DNA from: Nitrospirota bacterium
Lineage (GTDB): Bacteria > Nitrospirota > Thermodesulfovibrionia > Thermodesulfovibrionales > UBA9159
DNA: 64,000 nt
NCBI GenBank assembly: GCA_023382175.1
Contig: JAMCQB010000063.1
Location: forward strand, 133 to 64,132
Direction of reading: 5' to 3'
Below are positions 50,432 through 60,702 of the stretch, in pieces. How positions within the stretch are numbered: the stretch's first letter is position 1; the number at the start of each line of letters is the position of its first letter. A model generated the notes under the pieces. It saw only the letters and a list, made by a program, of their open reading frames with translations, did no database searches and had not been told where the DNA came from. The position numbers were made by a program, and so were the translations under genes.

Positions 50432-50692
50432 ATGAACTTGCCGTTTTTTATCGTAAGGGAAAAGGCTTTTGTCAAAAGGCACCCCGAACTTGTTGAGAGA
50501 TACAAAAAGATTCTGCGATTACTGGAACTGAACCCCTCCCATCCTTCCTTAAAGCTTCACAAACTAAAAGGCAGATTCAGCGATAAGCATGCTGTCTCGA
50601 TCACCTATGCTTACAGAATCGTTATCACCCTGATTGTTGCAGACAATGAGATCATATTCATCGATATCGGCCATCACGGCGAGGTCTACTGA
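50432..50692 (+). CDS. RelE/ParE-superfamily toxin-like protein (no adjacent antitoxin gene)
   Basis: 86 aa from MNLPFFIV... The pattern NPSHPSLKLHKLKGRFSDKHAVSITYAYRIVITL..DNEIIFIDIGHHGEVY is the typical RelE/YafQ-type C-terminal pattern. Confidence 0.6.
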   Translation: MNLPFFIVREKAFVKRHPELVERYKKILRLLELNPSHPSLKLHKLKGRFSDKHAVSITYAYRIVITLIVADNEIIFIDIGHHGEVY

Positions 50693-50700
50693 AGAACTTT

Positions 50701-51420
50701 TCATTCCCCCAAATACGCCTTCTTCACCCGCTCGTTGTTGAGAAGTTCCTCTCCCGTGCCCTGGAGCGTTATTCTGCCGCTCTCAAGGACGTGCCCCCTG
50801 CTCGATAGACTCAGGGCTGCATGGGCATTCTGCTCCACAAGGAGGATCGTTACTCCCTCGTTATTGATCTCCCTTATTATCTTGAAGATCTTGCTCACAA
50901 GGATGGGCGCAAGGCCCAGGGACGGCTCATCAAGGAGAAGCATCTTCGGGTTGGACATGAGGGCCCTTGCGATGGCAAGCATCTGCTGCTCTCCGCCGCT
51001 GAGGGTGCCCCCCTGTTGTTTCTGCCTCTCCTTGAGGACCGGGAAAAGGCTTAAGACCCTTTCCAGATGGTCTTTCGTCCTTGTTTTGTTGAGGACGCCG
51101 CTGTTGCCGGCAGAGTATGCGCCCATCTCAAGGTTCTCCATGACGGTGAGCCGGGGAAATATCCTCCTGCCCTCGGGAACCTGACTTATCCCCATGCCCA
51201 CTATCATATGCGGAGGAAGGTCATTGATCGTTCTTCCTTCAAAGGAAATGTCGCCGGCTGCAGGCCTGAGAATCCCCGAAATGGTCATGAGGGTTGTGGA
51301 CTTGCCTGCGCCGTTGCTGCCGATGAGGCAGATGATCTCCCCCCGCTTCACCTCCAGGTCTATGCCCTTCACCGCTTCAATGGGTCCGTAGAAGGTATGG
51401 ATATTTTTGAGCTTAAGCAA
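50701..51420 (-). CDS. livF: branched-chain amino acid ABC transporter ATP-binding protein
   Basis: 239 aa with GSNGAGKSTT, LSGGEQQML and LLLDEPSLGLAP. Confidence 0.9.
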   Translation of the reverse strand: MLKLKNIHTFYGPIEAVKGIDLEVKRGEIICLIGSNGAGKSTTLMTISGILRPAAGDISFEGRTINDLPPHMIVGMGISQVPEGRRIFPRLTVMENLEMGAYSAGNSGVLNKTRTKDHLERVLSLFPVLKERQKQQGGTLSGGEQQMLAIARALMSNPKMLLLDEPSLGLAPILVSKIFKIIREINNEGVTILLVEQNAHAALSLSSRGHVLESGRITLQGTGEELLNNERVKKAYLGE

Positions 51421-52180
51421 AAATTCCCCTCCCCAGATACGCCTCTATGACGAGGGGGTCGCTCTTGATCATCTCCGGCGTTCCTTCTGCGATCTTCACC
51501 CCGTGGTCAAGCACCACGATGGTTTCCGATATCCCCATCACCACCTTCATGTCGTGCTCGATAAGAATCACGGTTTTGCCGAGCTTCTGGAGCTTTCTGA
51601 TGATCTCCATGATCTCCGATGTCTCCTGGGGGTTCATCCCTGCAGTGGGCTCATCCAGGAGCAGGATGGTGGATTCTGTGGCAAGGGCCCTGGCGATCTC
51701 GAGCCTCCTCTGGTCTCCGTAAGGGAGGTTAAAGGAGGTGATATCAGCAGAAGATTCAAGCCCCACAAGTCCGAGATACTCCAGCGCCCTGCGCCGTGCA
51801 TTGTCCTCCTCTGAGAGAAAATCACCGTGCCTTGCGAGGATCTTGAAAAGGCCGGAGTGCATCCGCTGATGCTGGGAGACCATGACATTTTCGAGAACGG
51901 TCATATCCTTGAACAACCGTATATTCTGGAATGTCCTTGCGATGCCGAGGGAGACAATGCCATGGGGAGCCATGCCGGTAATATTGGTATCGGATAAACG
52001 GACCATCCCCTTGGTAGGCTTTGTGAGCCCGGTCAGGCAGTTGAAAAGGGTGGTCTTTCCTGCGCCGTTGGGCCCTATGATGCTCGTAATGGAGTCCTCC
52101 TTCACCTTGAAACTCACTTCCTCAAGGGCCCTTATCCCGCCGAAGTGTTTTGTGAGCTCCCGCACCTCCAACAGATACAT
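51413..52180 (-). CDS. livG: branched-chain amino acid ABC transporter ATP-binding protein
   Basis: 255 aa with GPNGAGKTTLFN, LPYGDQRRLEIARAL and LLLDEPTAGMNP. Confidence 0.9.
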   Translation of the reverse strand: MYLLEVRELTKHFGGIRALEEVSFKVKEDSITSIIGPNGAGKTTLFNCLTGLTKPTKGMVRLSDTNITGMAPHGIVSLGIARTFQNIRLFKDMTVLENVMVSQHQRMHSGLFKILARHGDFLSEEDNARRRALEYLGLVGLESSADITSFNLPYGDQRRLEIARALATESTILLLDEPTAGMNPQETSEIMEIIRKLQKLGKTVILIEHDMKVVMGISETIVVLDHGVKIAEGTPEMIKSDPLVIEAYLGRGIFA

Positions 52181-52183
52181 ATG

Positions 52184-53305
52184 CTACACCAAAGGCTTCG
52201 GGACCCTCTGGCCGACGCTGAAAAGGCCTTGGGGTCTGAATATCATTATCAGTATCAGTCCCGCTCCGAGGGCGATCATCCTGTAGGACTGGACTTCCCT
52301 GAGGACCTCGGGGAGTACAACGAGCGCTACCGAACCTATGATCACCCCGCCTATGCTTCCCAGCCCGCCCAGTATCACCATGCAGAGGATCAGGACAGAC
52401 TCCATGAAGGTAAAGCTTTCGGGCGACACAAATCTCATCTTCGCCGCAAAAAGGGCGCCAGCCAGTCCTGCCCAGAAGGCCCCGAAGGCAAAGGAATAGA
52501 GTTTGTACCGCATGGTGTTTATTCCCATGGAAGAGGCGCCGATCTCATCCTCCCGTATAGCGATCCAGGCCCTGCCGATCCTGGATGAACGGATGCGGCT
52601 CACCACGACGTAAGTCAAAAGCGCTGCCCCCAGGATCAGGTAATAATACCTGTTCAGCGTTCCCATGGGCAGGCCGAATAGATGGGGAGAGGCTATTCCA
52701 GATATGCCGTTGGGACCTCCGGTGAGGGAATCCCAGTTATTCAGGATGAGACGTACGATCTCTCCAAACCCGAGGGTCACGATGGCAAGATAGTCTCCCC
52801 GCAGCCTGAGGGCAGGAATGGCGAGGATAAACCCAGACAGGGTAGTAAGGGCGAGGGATAAGGGCAGGGACTGCCAGAAACCGAGACCGAGTTTCACGTT
52901 GAGAAGGGCATAGGTGTATGCGCCCACTGCATAGAATGCAACAAAACCGAGGTTAAGAAGACCGGTGAACCCCACCACAACGTTGAGACCGAGGGCGAGA
53001 ATGATATAGATGCCTGAAAGGATCGCAACATCCAGGAAATAGTCCCTCAAAAAAAAGGGAAGGGCCATAAGAACGAAGAGAAGGAGGGAACGGGTCACAA
53101 GGGGAGAGGGTCTGAAGAGTTTTGCAGAGCGAATGCGCTGCATCATGGCGCCTCCATGCCCTATCAAGGTGTGCGCATATCCCCGGAGAAAGACGAGGGT
53201 CATTATGGTGAAAGAAAGGGAGACGAAAAGGATCAGGGATGGCAACGGGCCTTTAAAGGGGAGGAAAAGGAGGGAGAACCATAATGCGATAAGTAAACTT
53301 CTCAT
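52184..53305 (-). CDS. livM: branched-chain amino acid ABC transporter permease
   Basis: 373 aa, polytopic, with LivM-type blocks (GLLNLGFVAFYAVGAY). Confidence 0.88.
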   Translation of the reverse strand: MRSLLIALWFSLLFLPFKGPLPSLILFVSLSFTIMTLVFLRGYAHTLIGHGGAMMQRIRSAKLFRPSPLVTRSLLLFVLMALPFFLRDYFLDVAILSGIYIILALGLNVVVGFTGLLNLGFVAFYAVGAYTYALLNVKLGLGFWQSLPLSLALTTLSGFILAIPALRLRGDYLAIVTLGFGEIVRLILNNWDSLTGGPNGISGIASPHLFGLPMGTLNRYYYLILGAALLTYVVVSRIRSSRIGRAWIAIREDEIGASSMGINTMRYKLYSFAFGAFWAGLAGALFAAKMRFVSPESFTFMESVLILCMVILGGLGSIGGVIIGSVALVVLPEVLREVQSYRMIALGAGLILIMIFRPQGLFSVGQRVPKPLV

Positions 53306-53306
53306 T

Positions 53307-54209
53307 TTATACCTTCTCCTCGGTTGTCTTGCCGAAAATTCCTGACGGTTTGATAAGCAGAATCACGATAAGCACGGCAAAGGCATAAGCATCCTTGTAT
53401 TCACTGGATAGGTAACTGCCGCCGACGCTCTCCACAAGACCGAGGAAAATCCCGCCGAACATGGCGCCGGGGATGCTCCCGATGCCGCCGAGCACGGCAG
53501 CGGTGAAGGCCTTGATCCCTGCAATATAGCCGATGGAGTAATTCACGAGGCCGTAATACATGGCGACCATTATCCCTGCCACAGCAGCCAGACCGGAACC
53601 GATGATAAAGGTGACCGAGATCACCGAGTCGATATTGATGCCCACGAGGGATGCCATTACCTTGTCCTGCGCCACTGCACGCATGGCCTTCCCCATCTTC
53701 GTCCTCGTGACATAGAGGTGAAGGGACAGCATGAGCAGGCAGGAGAGGACAATGATGAAGATCTGAAGGTACGTGATCCTTGCTCCGGAGAGAGTAAGAC
53801 CTGCATCCCCGAAAAGATGGGGGAATACCTTATCCGTTGCCCCCTGTGTGAGCATCACATAGTTCTGGAGGAAGATGGACACGCCGATGGCGCTTATCAG
53901 GGGACTGAGCCTCGGCGCATTCCTTAGGGGTCGGTATGCGATCCTTTCCATGGTAAACCCGTAGGCAGAGCAGAAAGTAACAGAAAGGACAAGGGTGAGG
54001 ACCAAAGACAGCGGGAGGCTGTAAGCGGTAAGCCCTGCTGCGGTAAAAAAGGCGAAAAAGATAATTCCCAGGTAGGCGCCGAGCATATAGATTTCGCCAT
54101 GTGCGAAATTGATCAGCTCCAGGATGCCGTACACCATGGTATAACCGAGGGCGATGAGGGCATACACACCGCCCACGGTAAGGCCGTTGATGAGCTGCTG
54201 GAAAAACAT
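53307..54209 (-). CDS. livH: branched-chain amino acid ABC transporter permease
   Basis: 300 aa, MFFQQLINGLTVGGVYALIALGYTMVYGIL..NFAHGE. Confidence 0.9.
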   Translation of the reverse strand: MFFQQLINGLTVGGVYALIALGYTMVYGILELINFAHGEIYMLGAYLGIIFFAFFTAAGLTAYSLPLSLVLTLVLSVTFCSAYGFTMERIAYRPLRNAPRLSPLISAIGVSIFLQNYVMLTQGATDKVFPHLFGDAGLTLSGARITYLQIFIIVLSCLLMLSLHLYVTRTKMGKAMRAVAQDKVMASLVGINIDSVISVTFIIGSGLAAVAGIMVAMYYGLVNYSIGYIAGIKAFTAAVLGGIGSIPGAMFGGIFLGLVESVGGSYLSSEYKDAYAFAVLIVILLIKPSGIFGKTTEEKV

Positions 54210-54232
54210 GGGTGAGGCTCAGATTCCGGGCT

Positions 54233-56275
54233 TCACAGAGAGGTGTTTCCTCGTGCTATAGAGTCAGTGGTTCCCCCTACGACTGTTCTGTCTTTGCCTT
54301 TTACTTTTGCCCCATAGAGCGCCCTGTCTGCGTTCTTGATCAGTGTTTTTGCGTCTTTTACCTCTGCAGTGAATGTTGCGATGCCGATGCTCACCGTTAT
54401 CTTCTCACGAGGGAAGTTCTTCCATCTGAACGGCATAAGCTCCGCGATGTTCTTCCTCACCCTTTCCGCCACGAGAAAGGCCTCATCCCTTTCGGTCCGG
54501 GGCATTATGATGGCAAACTCTTCACCACCGAACCTCGCCAGTATATCAATGGACCTGAGCGACTCCCTCGAGATATCTGCGATCGCCTTTAATACCTCAT
54601 CGCCGGCAACATGCCCCTCTGTATCATTAAACAACTTGAAATCATCGATGTCAAAGATCGCCAATGAGAACACGGAATCATAACGTATTGCACGCTGTAA
54701 TTCTTCGAAGAGACGGTCATCAAAATATCTCCTGTTGAAGATCCCTGTAAGAGAATCTGTGATGGAGAGGGTTCTCATCTGTTCCGATATGCTGTAGTAA
54801 TGGGCTCCCTTTATGGCTAGGGAGGCGTATGAGACAAAATAGCGAAGGAATTCCATGTCCGCCTGAGAGAAGACCTCGCCGCTCATCTTATCGGAAAGGT
54901 TGAGGACACCTATGGTTTCATCCCCTATTCTCAGCGGGATGCTCACAAAGGAGTTTGTTTTGTAATTGGGCCTCGTCTTTGTAAAGAGATTCTTCTCTAT
55001 ATCCGAGACCATCAAGGGTTTACTCTCTTGATAGACCTTCCCGGCAATCCCTTCACCGACCTTTACCCTGATATTTTTTGCGATCAATTTGTTTATCCCC
55101 CTCACCGCCTTTATGAAAAGCTCTGTCCCGTCCTCCTCCGGGAGCATGAGGGAGACCTTTTCCGCATCCAGCATTTTAGAGGAAACCTCCACAATGGATT
55201 CATAAAGCGTATCGGGGTCTTGAAATGTCGGGCTCAAATTCAAAGCGAGATTCATGGTGGCGAGACCGTTGATCCGGGTGCTGAACATCTTCCGGGAAAT
55301 AATGGTGTCCAGTAAAAAAGCCGCAAAGCTGCACATTCTGGATATTATATCGACATCCTCTTCTGAAAGCGGGGAATTAAAAACGCTGAGGAGACCAAAG
55401 GTCTCATCCCTTATTGAGAGGGGGAATATCTGAATTGATGTAATGTCTTCGGGGTAACCGAGCCGCAGCAGTTCAATGGCTTCCAGGCAGATAAAAGGCC
55501 TGCGGTTTTTAACGGCATCCGAGATAAGGAAATGATCGCTTCCTACAGGGACAAATTCCACCTGCTTCTTTAACCTCCCCGTGGTGAGCACCGGAGCGAA
55601 TCTCCCATCGGTTCGCGCCATGGCAGAGACGGTATCTCCGCCGAAGAGGAAAATGACTGCATCAGTAAGGAGATTATAGAGCTCTTTCTCACTGATGTCC
55701 TTCTCGACCTCGGAAAAGAGTTCCATGATGGTCATCGTTTTTCGATATCTTTCCCGATAGGTGCTTTTTTCATGACTGCTCTTAACACTCAGATTGAATA
55801 ACCGATGAATTTTTTCATATACCTCGGAGACTTTCTTAATATCCTCCGGGACTATCTTCTTTGTCCAGAGTCTCATATCCTCTCTGGAGAGCCCATAGTC
55901 GTGCCCTTTCGACGCGAAGTCTTCCGGGTCCTTCACCGATAGATAAAAAGCATTCCCCACCAGAACCAAACTCGCACTGCCGATCTGAGCCGGAATAAAA
56001 TAGTGGTACTGGTTCATGGGTCCCTTGAGTACTGTAGGACTTTTTCTGAGAACCGCCTTCTCTATGCCCCCTTCAAGATACCTCCTGTGCTCCTTTCGCC
56101 CTTTCTCCGACAAAGAGAACGCCTCTATTATCGGATCAGGAGAAAGGGAAGGGATGACCAACTGACCCGTCCGGTCATAAATCGTAAAATCAAGGTTCGT
56201 CAGACCGGCAATACAGTCTCTCAGTTCAATTACAGGCCCTATTTCCATCCGTTTAAAATTCATCGTCAACTTCAA
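54233..56275 (-). CDS. diguanylate cyclase with an N-terminal sensor region, GAF domains and GGDEF (GGEEF) with an RxxD I-site
   Basis: 680 aa. RSIDILARFGGEEFAII shows the I-site RSID 5 residues before GGEEF. The GAF-like block is GEGIAGKVYQESKPLMVSDI...IGVLNLSDK. The gene sits between livJ and livH on the same strand. Confidence 0.88.
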   Translation of the reverse strand: MKLTMNFKRMEIGPVIELRDCIAGLTNLDFTIYDRTGQLVIPSLSPDPIIEAFSLSEKGRKEHRRYLEGGIEKAVLRKSPTVLKGPMNQYHYFIPAQIGSASLVLVGNAFYLSVKDPEDFASKGHDYGLSREDMRLWTKKIVPEDIKKVSEVYEKIHRLFNLSVKSSHEKSTYRERYRKTMTIMELFSEVEKDISEKELYNLLTDAVIFLFGGDTVSAMARTDGRFAPVLTTGRLKKQVEFVPVGSDHFLISDAVKNRRPFICLEAIELLRLGYPEDITSIQIFPLSIRDETFGLLSVFNSPLSEEDVDIISRMCSFAAFLLDTIISRKMFSTRINGLATMNLALNLSPTFQDPDTLYESIVEVSSKMLDAEKVSLMLPEEDGTELFIKAVRGINKLIAKNIRVKVGEGIAGKVYQESKPLMVSDIEKNLFTKTRPNYKTNSFVSIPLRIGDETIGVLNLSDKMSGEVFSQADMEFLRYFVSYASLAIKGAHYYSISEQMRTLSITDSLTGIFNRRYFDDRLFEELQRAIRYDSVFSLAIFDIDDFKLFNDTEGHVAGDEVLKAIADISRESLRSIDILARFGGEEFAIIMPRTERDEAFLVAERVRKNIAELMPFRWKNFPREKITVSIGIATFTAEVKDAKTLIKNADRALYGAKVKGKDRTVVGGTTDSIARGNTSL

Positions 56276-56331
56276 ATCCTTCGATTATAAGAATCTTTTT
56301 TATCACACATGCATAGACTGATATTCTTCTC

Positions 56332-57447
56332 TCAGAATACAGGCCTCCAGTATTCCTCGAACTTTCCGCCCTTAGTGATCCAGACAACGTAGGGAGAGAC
56401 CGTAACGTCACCCTTTTCATTAAACTTGATCTTGCCGAGAGCGCCAGGGAACTCCATGGTGTGGAGCTTGTCGATGACTGTCTTTCCTTCTGTGGTCCCA
56501 GCATCCTTTATGGCAGCAAGCAGGATATTGGCGGCGTCATAGGCGTATACTGAATACGGGCCTATCTCTCCGAACTTTTTCTCGTAATTTTCGATAAAGG
56601 ACCTGGCAGAGGGGATCTTCCTGGCGTCCGGGCTGAAGGTCAGATAGGTGCCTTCCGCAGCAGAGGCCCCCGCAATCTCGATGAACTTCGGGTCAATGCT
56701 GCCGTCACCGCTCATGAAGGGGACCGAAATGCCCAGTTCCCTGGCCTGCTTCACAAGGAGACCCGCCTCGGGATATATCCCGCCGAAGTAGATGAGTTCC
56801 GGCTTCTTCTCCTTGATGGAGGTAAGCGCCGTCTTAAAATCTTTGTCACCCTGAATGATGCCTCCGTAATATACCACCTCGACCTTGTTCGCGATGAACT
56901 TCTTGAATTCATCGGCAAGGCCCTGTCCGTAGGTGGTCTTGTCATGGATCACCGCCACCTTTTTCAGCTTCAGCTTTTCCGTGACGAACTCTGCTCCCAC
57001 CTTGCCCTGCTGGTCGTCCCTCCCGCAGACCCTGAATACACTGCGGTAACCCTTTTCTGTAAGCTGGGGATTTGTGGAGCCCGGGGTTATCATCGGGATC
57101 CCTGCCCGGTTATAGACATCAGAAGCCGGGATGGAACAGCTGGAATTGAAATGGCCGATTACGCCCACAACGCCGTCGTTCACCAGTTTATTCGCTATGG
57201 ATACGGCCTGCTTGGGGTCGTGCTGATCATCAGCAACGAGCAGCGTGACCTTCTTGCCCAGAAGTCCGCCCTTTGCGTTCCACTCCTCCACCGCAAGGGC
57301 AACGCCGTTCTTGAAATCAGTGCCCATCTTCGCCTGATCGCCGGTCATGGGGCCGGCCACGCCGATCCTGATCACCTCTTCCTTCTTCTGGCATCCTACG
57401 GAGAATACGAGCAATGCCAGGGCGAGCGCCATAAAAGACCTTTTCAT
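56332..57447 (-). CDS. livJ: branched-chain amino acid ABC transporter substrate-binding lipoprotein
   Basis: 371 aa with the lipobox LLVFSVGC. Peripla_BP_6-type blocks are present (IRIGVAGPMTGDQA, VGVIGHFNSS). Confidence 0.88.
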   Translation of the reverse strand: MKRSFMALALALLVFSVGCQKKEEVIRIGVAGPMTGDQAKMGTDFKNGVALAVEEWNAKGGLLGKKVTLLVADDQHDPKQAVSIANKLVNDGVVGVIGHFNSSCSIPASDVYNRAGIPMITPGSTNPQLTEKGYRSVFRVCGRDDQQGKVGAEFVTEKLKLKKVAVIHDKTTYGQGLADEFKKFIANKVEVVYYGGIIQGDKDFKTALTSIKEKKPELIYFGGIYPEAGLLVKQARELGISVPFMSGDGSIDPKFIEIAGASAAEGTYLTFSPDARKIPSARSFIENYEKKFGEIGPYSVYAYDAANILLAAIKDAGTTEGKTVIDKLHTMEFPGALGKIKFNEKGDVTVSPYVVWITKGGKFEEYWRPVF

Positions 57448-57545
57448 TATCTCCTCCTCAGCAACAGTATATTTCCTTCATTCCTCCTCCTTTTTCTGTC
57501 AGGGGAGGATTGGACGTCTTTTTCCGTATCCCTCTTACGGCAGAC

Positions 57546-58250
57546 TTATTTCATCTTCGATAATATCTCTTTCGCCTTTTCAGCGAGTTTTACGGGCGAC
57601 GTGGACATCTTGGGCAGATATTCCCTTGCTCCCAGGGCTATGGCTCTCTGGATGTCTGCGGGGACGCTCCGCGCCGACAGGACGATCACAGGGATATCCT
57701 TGAAATTGGGATTGAGCTGCATGAGCTGGAGAATTTTGAACCCGTCTATACCCTCCATCCAGAGGTCGAGGATCACCAGGTCAGGCATCATCTCCTGGAG
57801 CTGCTTTAACGCCTCCACTCCGTTGGCTGCCTCGATGACGGAGAACCCCTCGAGGTTCAGCTTATTGCGGTAAATCGCCCTTGATTGGGTGCTGTCATCG
57901 ACCAGAAGGATCTTCCTTCCCGGCTTTCCTGCAATGGTGGCGGTGACCCCCTCGGACTGTTCAACGAAGTTTCGGATGAGGGTGTAATGCTCCGGAATGA
58001 GGCTAATGAACTTCGCCCCGATGCCGATGCCCGGCTGGGCATGCTGCACAACAGCCTTCGCCGTAATGGGAGCGTCGTTGATCTTGAAGCTGAGGTCGAG
58101 GACCGCTCCCGAGAGAAGCTCGGCCTGGGTGCTTATGTACATCCCCTCTCCGGAAATATCCAGGGCACTGGCCTTTAAAATACCGTTGATGATTACGTCC
58201 TGCTGTATCATGACCCTTTTTTTCTGTCTCTGTTCACTACCGTCGCTCAT
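57546..58250 (-). CDS. PilZ domain - response regulator receiver fusion protein
   Basis: N-terminal PilZ motifs RQKKR (RxxxR) and DISGEG (DxSxxG). The C-terminal REC is ILLVDDS...DLVILDLWMEGIDG...VIVLSA. The ATG at 58250 lies 1 nt after the thiE stop; the ORF-track TTG at 58265 is less likely. Confidence 0.8.
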   Translation of the reverse strand: MSDGSEQRQKKRVMIQQDVIINGILKASALDISGEGMYISTQAELLSGAVLDLSFKINDAPITAKAVVQHAQPGIGIGAKFISLIPEHYTLIRNFVEQSEGVTATIAGKPGRKILLVDDSTQSRAIYRNKLNLEGFSVIEAANGVEALKQLQEMMPDLVILDLWMEGIDGFKILQLMQLNPNFKDIPVIVLSARSVPADIQRAIALGAREYLPKMSTSPVKLAEKAKEILSKMK

Positions 58251-58251
58251 A

Positions 58252-58899
58252 TCACTCACCCCCAATGACCTTCATAAAAGACCTCACATTTTCCGATATA
58301 TCGCCCCTGAGGATCGCAGAGGCTGCCGCAACGGCATCAGCCCCTGATGCGAGAACTTCCGGCAGGTTCTCCACTGTTATTCCTCCTATGGCAACCACAG
58401 GCATGCTCACCTGTCTCTTTATTTCCCGCAGCATTTCGACCCCCTTCGGCATTCCCGCATCCTTGGTAGCGGTGGGGAACACAGGGCCGAAGCCGATATA
58501 ATCGGCGCCGCCTTCAGCCGCGTCCATGGCTTCGCTCAGAGAATGGGTGGATATCCCGATGATCCTGTCTCCCACGATCTTCCTTGCCTCCCGCAACGGC
58601 AGGTCGTCCTGTCCCAGGTGGACACCGTCGGCATCCACTGCAAGGGCAATATCAATATGGTCATTCACAATAAAGAGGGCTTTGAATTGCTGAGTTATAT
58701 CCCTTAACTTCAGCGCCTCTCTGTAAATTTCCCTTCTTGTTTTTTCTTTCTCCCTGTATTGAATCCATCGTGCCCCGGAATCAAGGGCAGTCTTGACCAT
58801 CTCTTCAGCTGTCCGTCCGCCTGCCTTCCTGTCGGTGATGAGGCAGAGCCCCTGAAACACGCGCCGGCCTGTGCTTGCACCCTGGAACGGCCCGCCCAC
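58252..58899 (-). CDS. thiE: thiamine-phosphate synthase
   Basis: The start was moved to the GTG at 58899, 4 nt after the accC stop with GAGAGAGGA upstream. LCLITDRK, GVHLGQDDLP, IGISTHS and GADYIGFGPVFPT are present. Confidence 0.88.
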   Translation of the reverse strand: MGGPFQGASTGRRVFQGLCLITDRKAGGRTAEEMVKTALDSGARWIQYREKEKTRREIYREALKLRDITQQFKALFIVNDHIDIALAVDADGVHLGQDDLPLREARKIVGDRIIGISTHSLSEAMDAAEGGADYIGFGPVFPTATKDAGMPKGVEMLREIKRQVSMPVVAIGGITVENLPEVLASGADAVAAASAILRGDISENVRSFMKVIGGE

Positions 58900-58903
58900 C
58901 GTG

Positions 58904-60274
58904 CTATCCTCTCTCTTCCGGAGATGCTTCAGACCTGAAGAGTTTCTCCACAAAACCGGTATTGAATTCGCCGTTGATAAAATCAGGGTGATTGAAGACC
59001 CTCTTATGAAAAGGGATCGTGGTCCTTATGCCTTCGATGATAAACTCATTCAGCGCCCTCTTCATCATCTGGATGGCTTCCTCCCTGTTCTTTCCGTGAA
59101 CAATGAGCTTTGCGATGAGGGAATCGTACTGGGAAGGCACCACCCAGCCGCTGTAAGCAGCCGTGTCTACCCTCACGCCCGGCCCGCCCGGCTGATAGAA
59201 AAAGGTTATCTTGCCCGGATGGGGGATGAACCGTTCGGGGTCTTCAGCATTGATCCTGCATTCAATGGAATGGCCTGAAGGCTTTATGGCGCTCTGCTTA
59301 TATTCCAGGGGGAGTCCCGCGGCGAGCTTTATCTGCTCCTTGATAATATCGATGCCTGTTACCGCCTCGGTCACGGGATGCTCAACCTGCACCCTGGTAT
59401 TCACCTCCATGAAATAGATGTCCCCCGCCGAGTCAACGATGAACTCAATCGTGCCTACATTTTTATATTTCAGGGCCTTTGCTGCCTTGATACCGAACTC
59501 ACCGATCTTTTTCCTGAACTTGTCCGTGGAGATGGGCGAGGGGGATTCTTCGATGAGCTTCTGGTGGCGTCTCTGTATCGAACAGTCACGCTCCCCCAGG
59601 TGAATCACGTTTCCCTTCCCGTCTGCCATGATCTGGACCTCAATGTGTCTCATGTCGGGAATGTATTTTTCTACGTAGAGTTCGCTGTTCCCGAAAGCGG
59701 TGAGGGCCTCCCGCTGGGCGAGATAAAATGCCTGTTCCAGGTCCTTCTCCTCGTTCACCACCCGCATGCCCTTCCCGCCACCGCCTGCAGAGGCTTTCAC
59801 GATAACGGGAAAGCCTATCTTTTTCGCGACCTTGACAGCTATCTCTTCCGACACCACGGGACCGTCGCTCCCCGGGACAACCGGCACGCCCTTCCGCTTC
59901 ATGATCTGTCTTGCCTTGGCCTTGTCCCCTCCAAGCCGGATATTCTCGGAGGAAGGCCCGATAAAGGTGATGCCCGAAGTGTGGCAGGCTTCTGCAAAAT
60001 GGGGGTTTTCAGAGAGGAATCCGTATCCCGGATGCACCGCCTCTGAATCGGTTATCTCTGCTGCGCTGAGGATCCCCGGTATGTTGAGATAGCTCTGGGA
60101 GGAATTGGCAGGACCGATGCAGACCGCTTCGTCAGCCAGCCTCACGTGCATGGAGTCCTTCTCTATGTCGGAATAGACGGCAACCGTCTTTATTCCCAGT
60201 TCCCTGCAAGCCCTGATAATCCTGACCGCGATCTCACCCCGGTTGGCAATGAGTATCTTCCGGAAAAGTTTCAT
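58904..60274 (-). CDS. accC: acetyl-CoA carboxylase biotin carboxylase subunit
   Basis: 456 aa, [23 protein letters not shown]..., with ATP-grasp blocks. Confidence 0.95.
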   Translation of the reverse strand: MKLFRKILIANRGEIAVRIIRACRELGIKTVAVYSDIEKDSMHVRLADEAVCIGPANSSQSYLNIPGILSAAEITDSEAVHPGYGFLSENPHFAEACHTSGITFIGPSSENIRLGGDKAKARQIMKRKGVPVVPGSDGPVVSEEIAVKVAKKIGFPVIVKASAGGGGKGMRVVNEEKDLEQAFYLAQREALTAFGNSELYVEKYIPDMRHIEVQIMADGKGNVIHLGERDCSIQRRHQKLIEESPSPISTDKFRKKIGEFGIKAAKALKYKNVGTIEFIVDSAGDIYFMEVNTRVQVEHPVTEAVTGIDIIKEQIKLAAGLPLEYKQSAIKPSGHSIECRINAEDPERFIPHPGKITFFYQPGGPGVRVDTAAYSGWVVPSQYDSLIAKLIVHGKNREEAIQMMKRALNEFIIEGIRTTIPFHKRVFNHPDFINGEFNTGFVEKLFRSEASPEERG

Positions 60275-60702
60275 GATACCGGCTCTATGAGGAAGAGAGG
60301 CTCTCCGTACTCCACCGGCTGACCATTTTCGACCAGGGCCCTCACCACAACACCCTCCGCCTCGCTCTCTATTTCGTTCATCAGCTTCATGGCCTCGATA
60401 ATGCAGATCACCTGTCCCTTCTTCACCCTCGCACCTGCGTCAACAAAAGCAGGCGCGTCCGGCGAAGGGGACCGATAAAATGTCCCGACGATGGGAGCGG
60501 TGACGGTGATAAGCCTCTGAGTCTCTTCATCCGTCTCTGTGGACTTCTCGATAACCGTCGTCCCCTTTGGATGCACTTCAAGAGACGGGAGCAGCATCTG
60601 CCGCCGTATCTTCACCTTTGTCCCGTCCTTCTCCAACTGGAGCTCAGTGATGTCCGTATCCTGGAGAAGGGATATGAGTTCTTTCAGGTCATCAATTTCC
60701 AT
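60271..60702 (-). CDS. accB: acetyl-CoA carboxylase biotin carboxyl carrier protein
   Basis: 143 aa with the [13 protein letters not shown] biotinyl-Lys motif. ATGA overlap with accC. Confidence 0.93.
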   Translation of the reverse strand: MEIDDLKELISLLQDTDITELQLEKDGTKVKIRRQMLLPSLEVHPKGTTVIEKSTETDEETQRLITVTAPIVGTFYRSPSPDAPAFVDAGARVKKGQVICIIEAMKLMNEIESEAEGVVVRALVENGQPVEYGEPLFLIEPVS

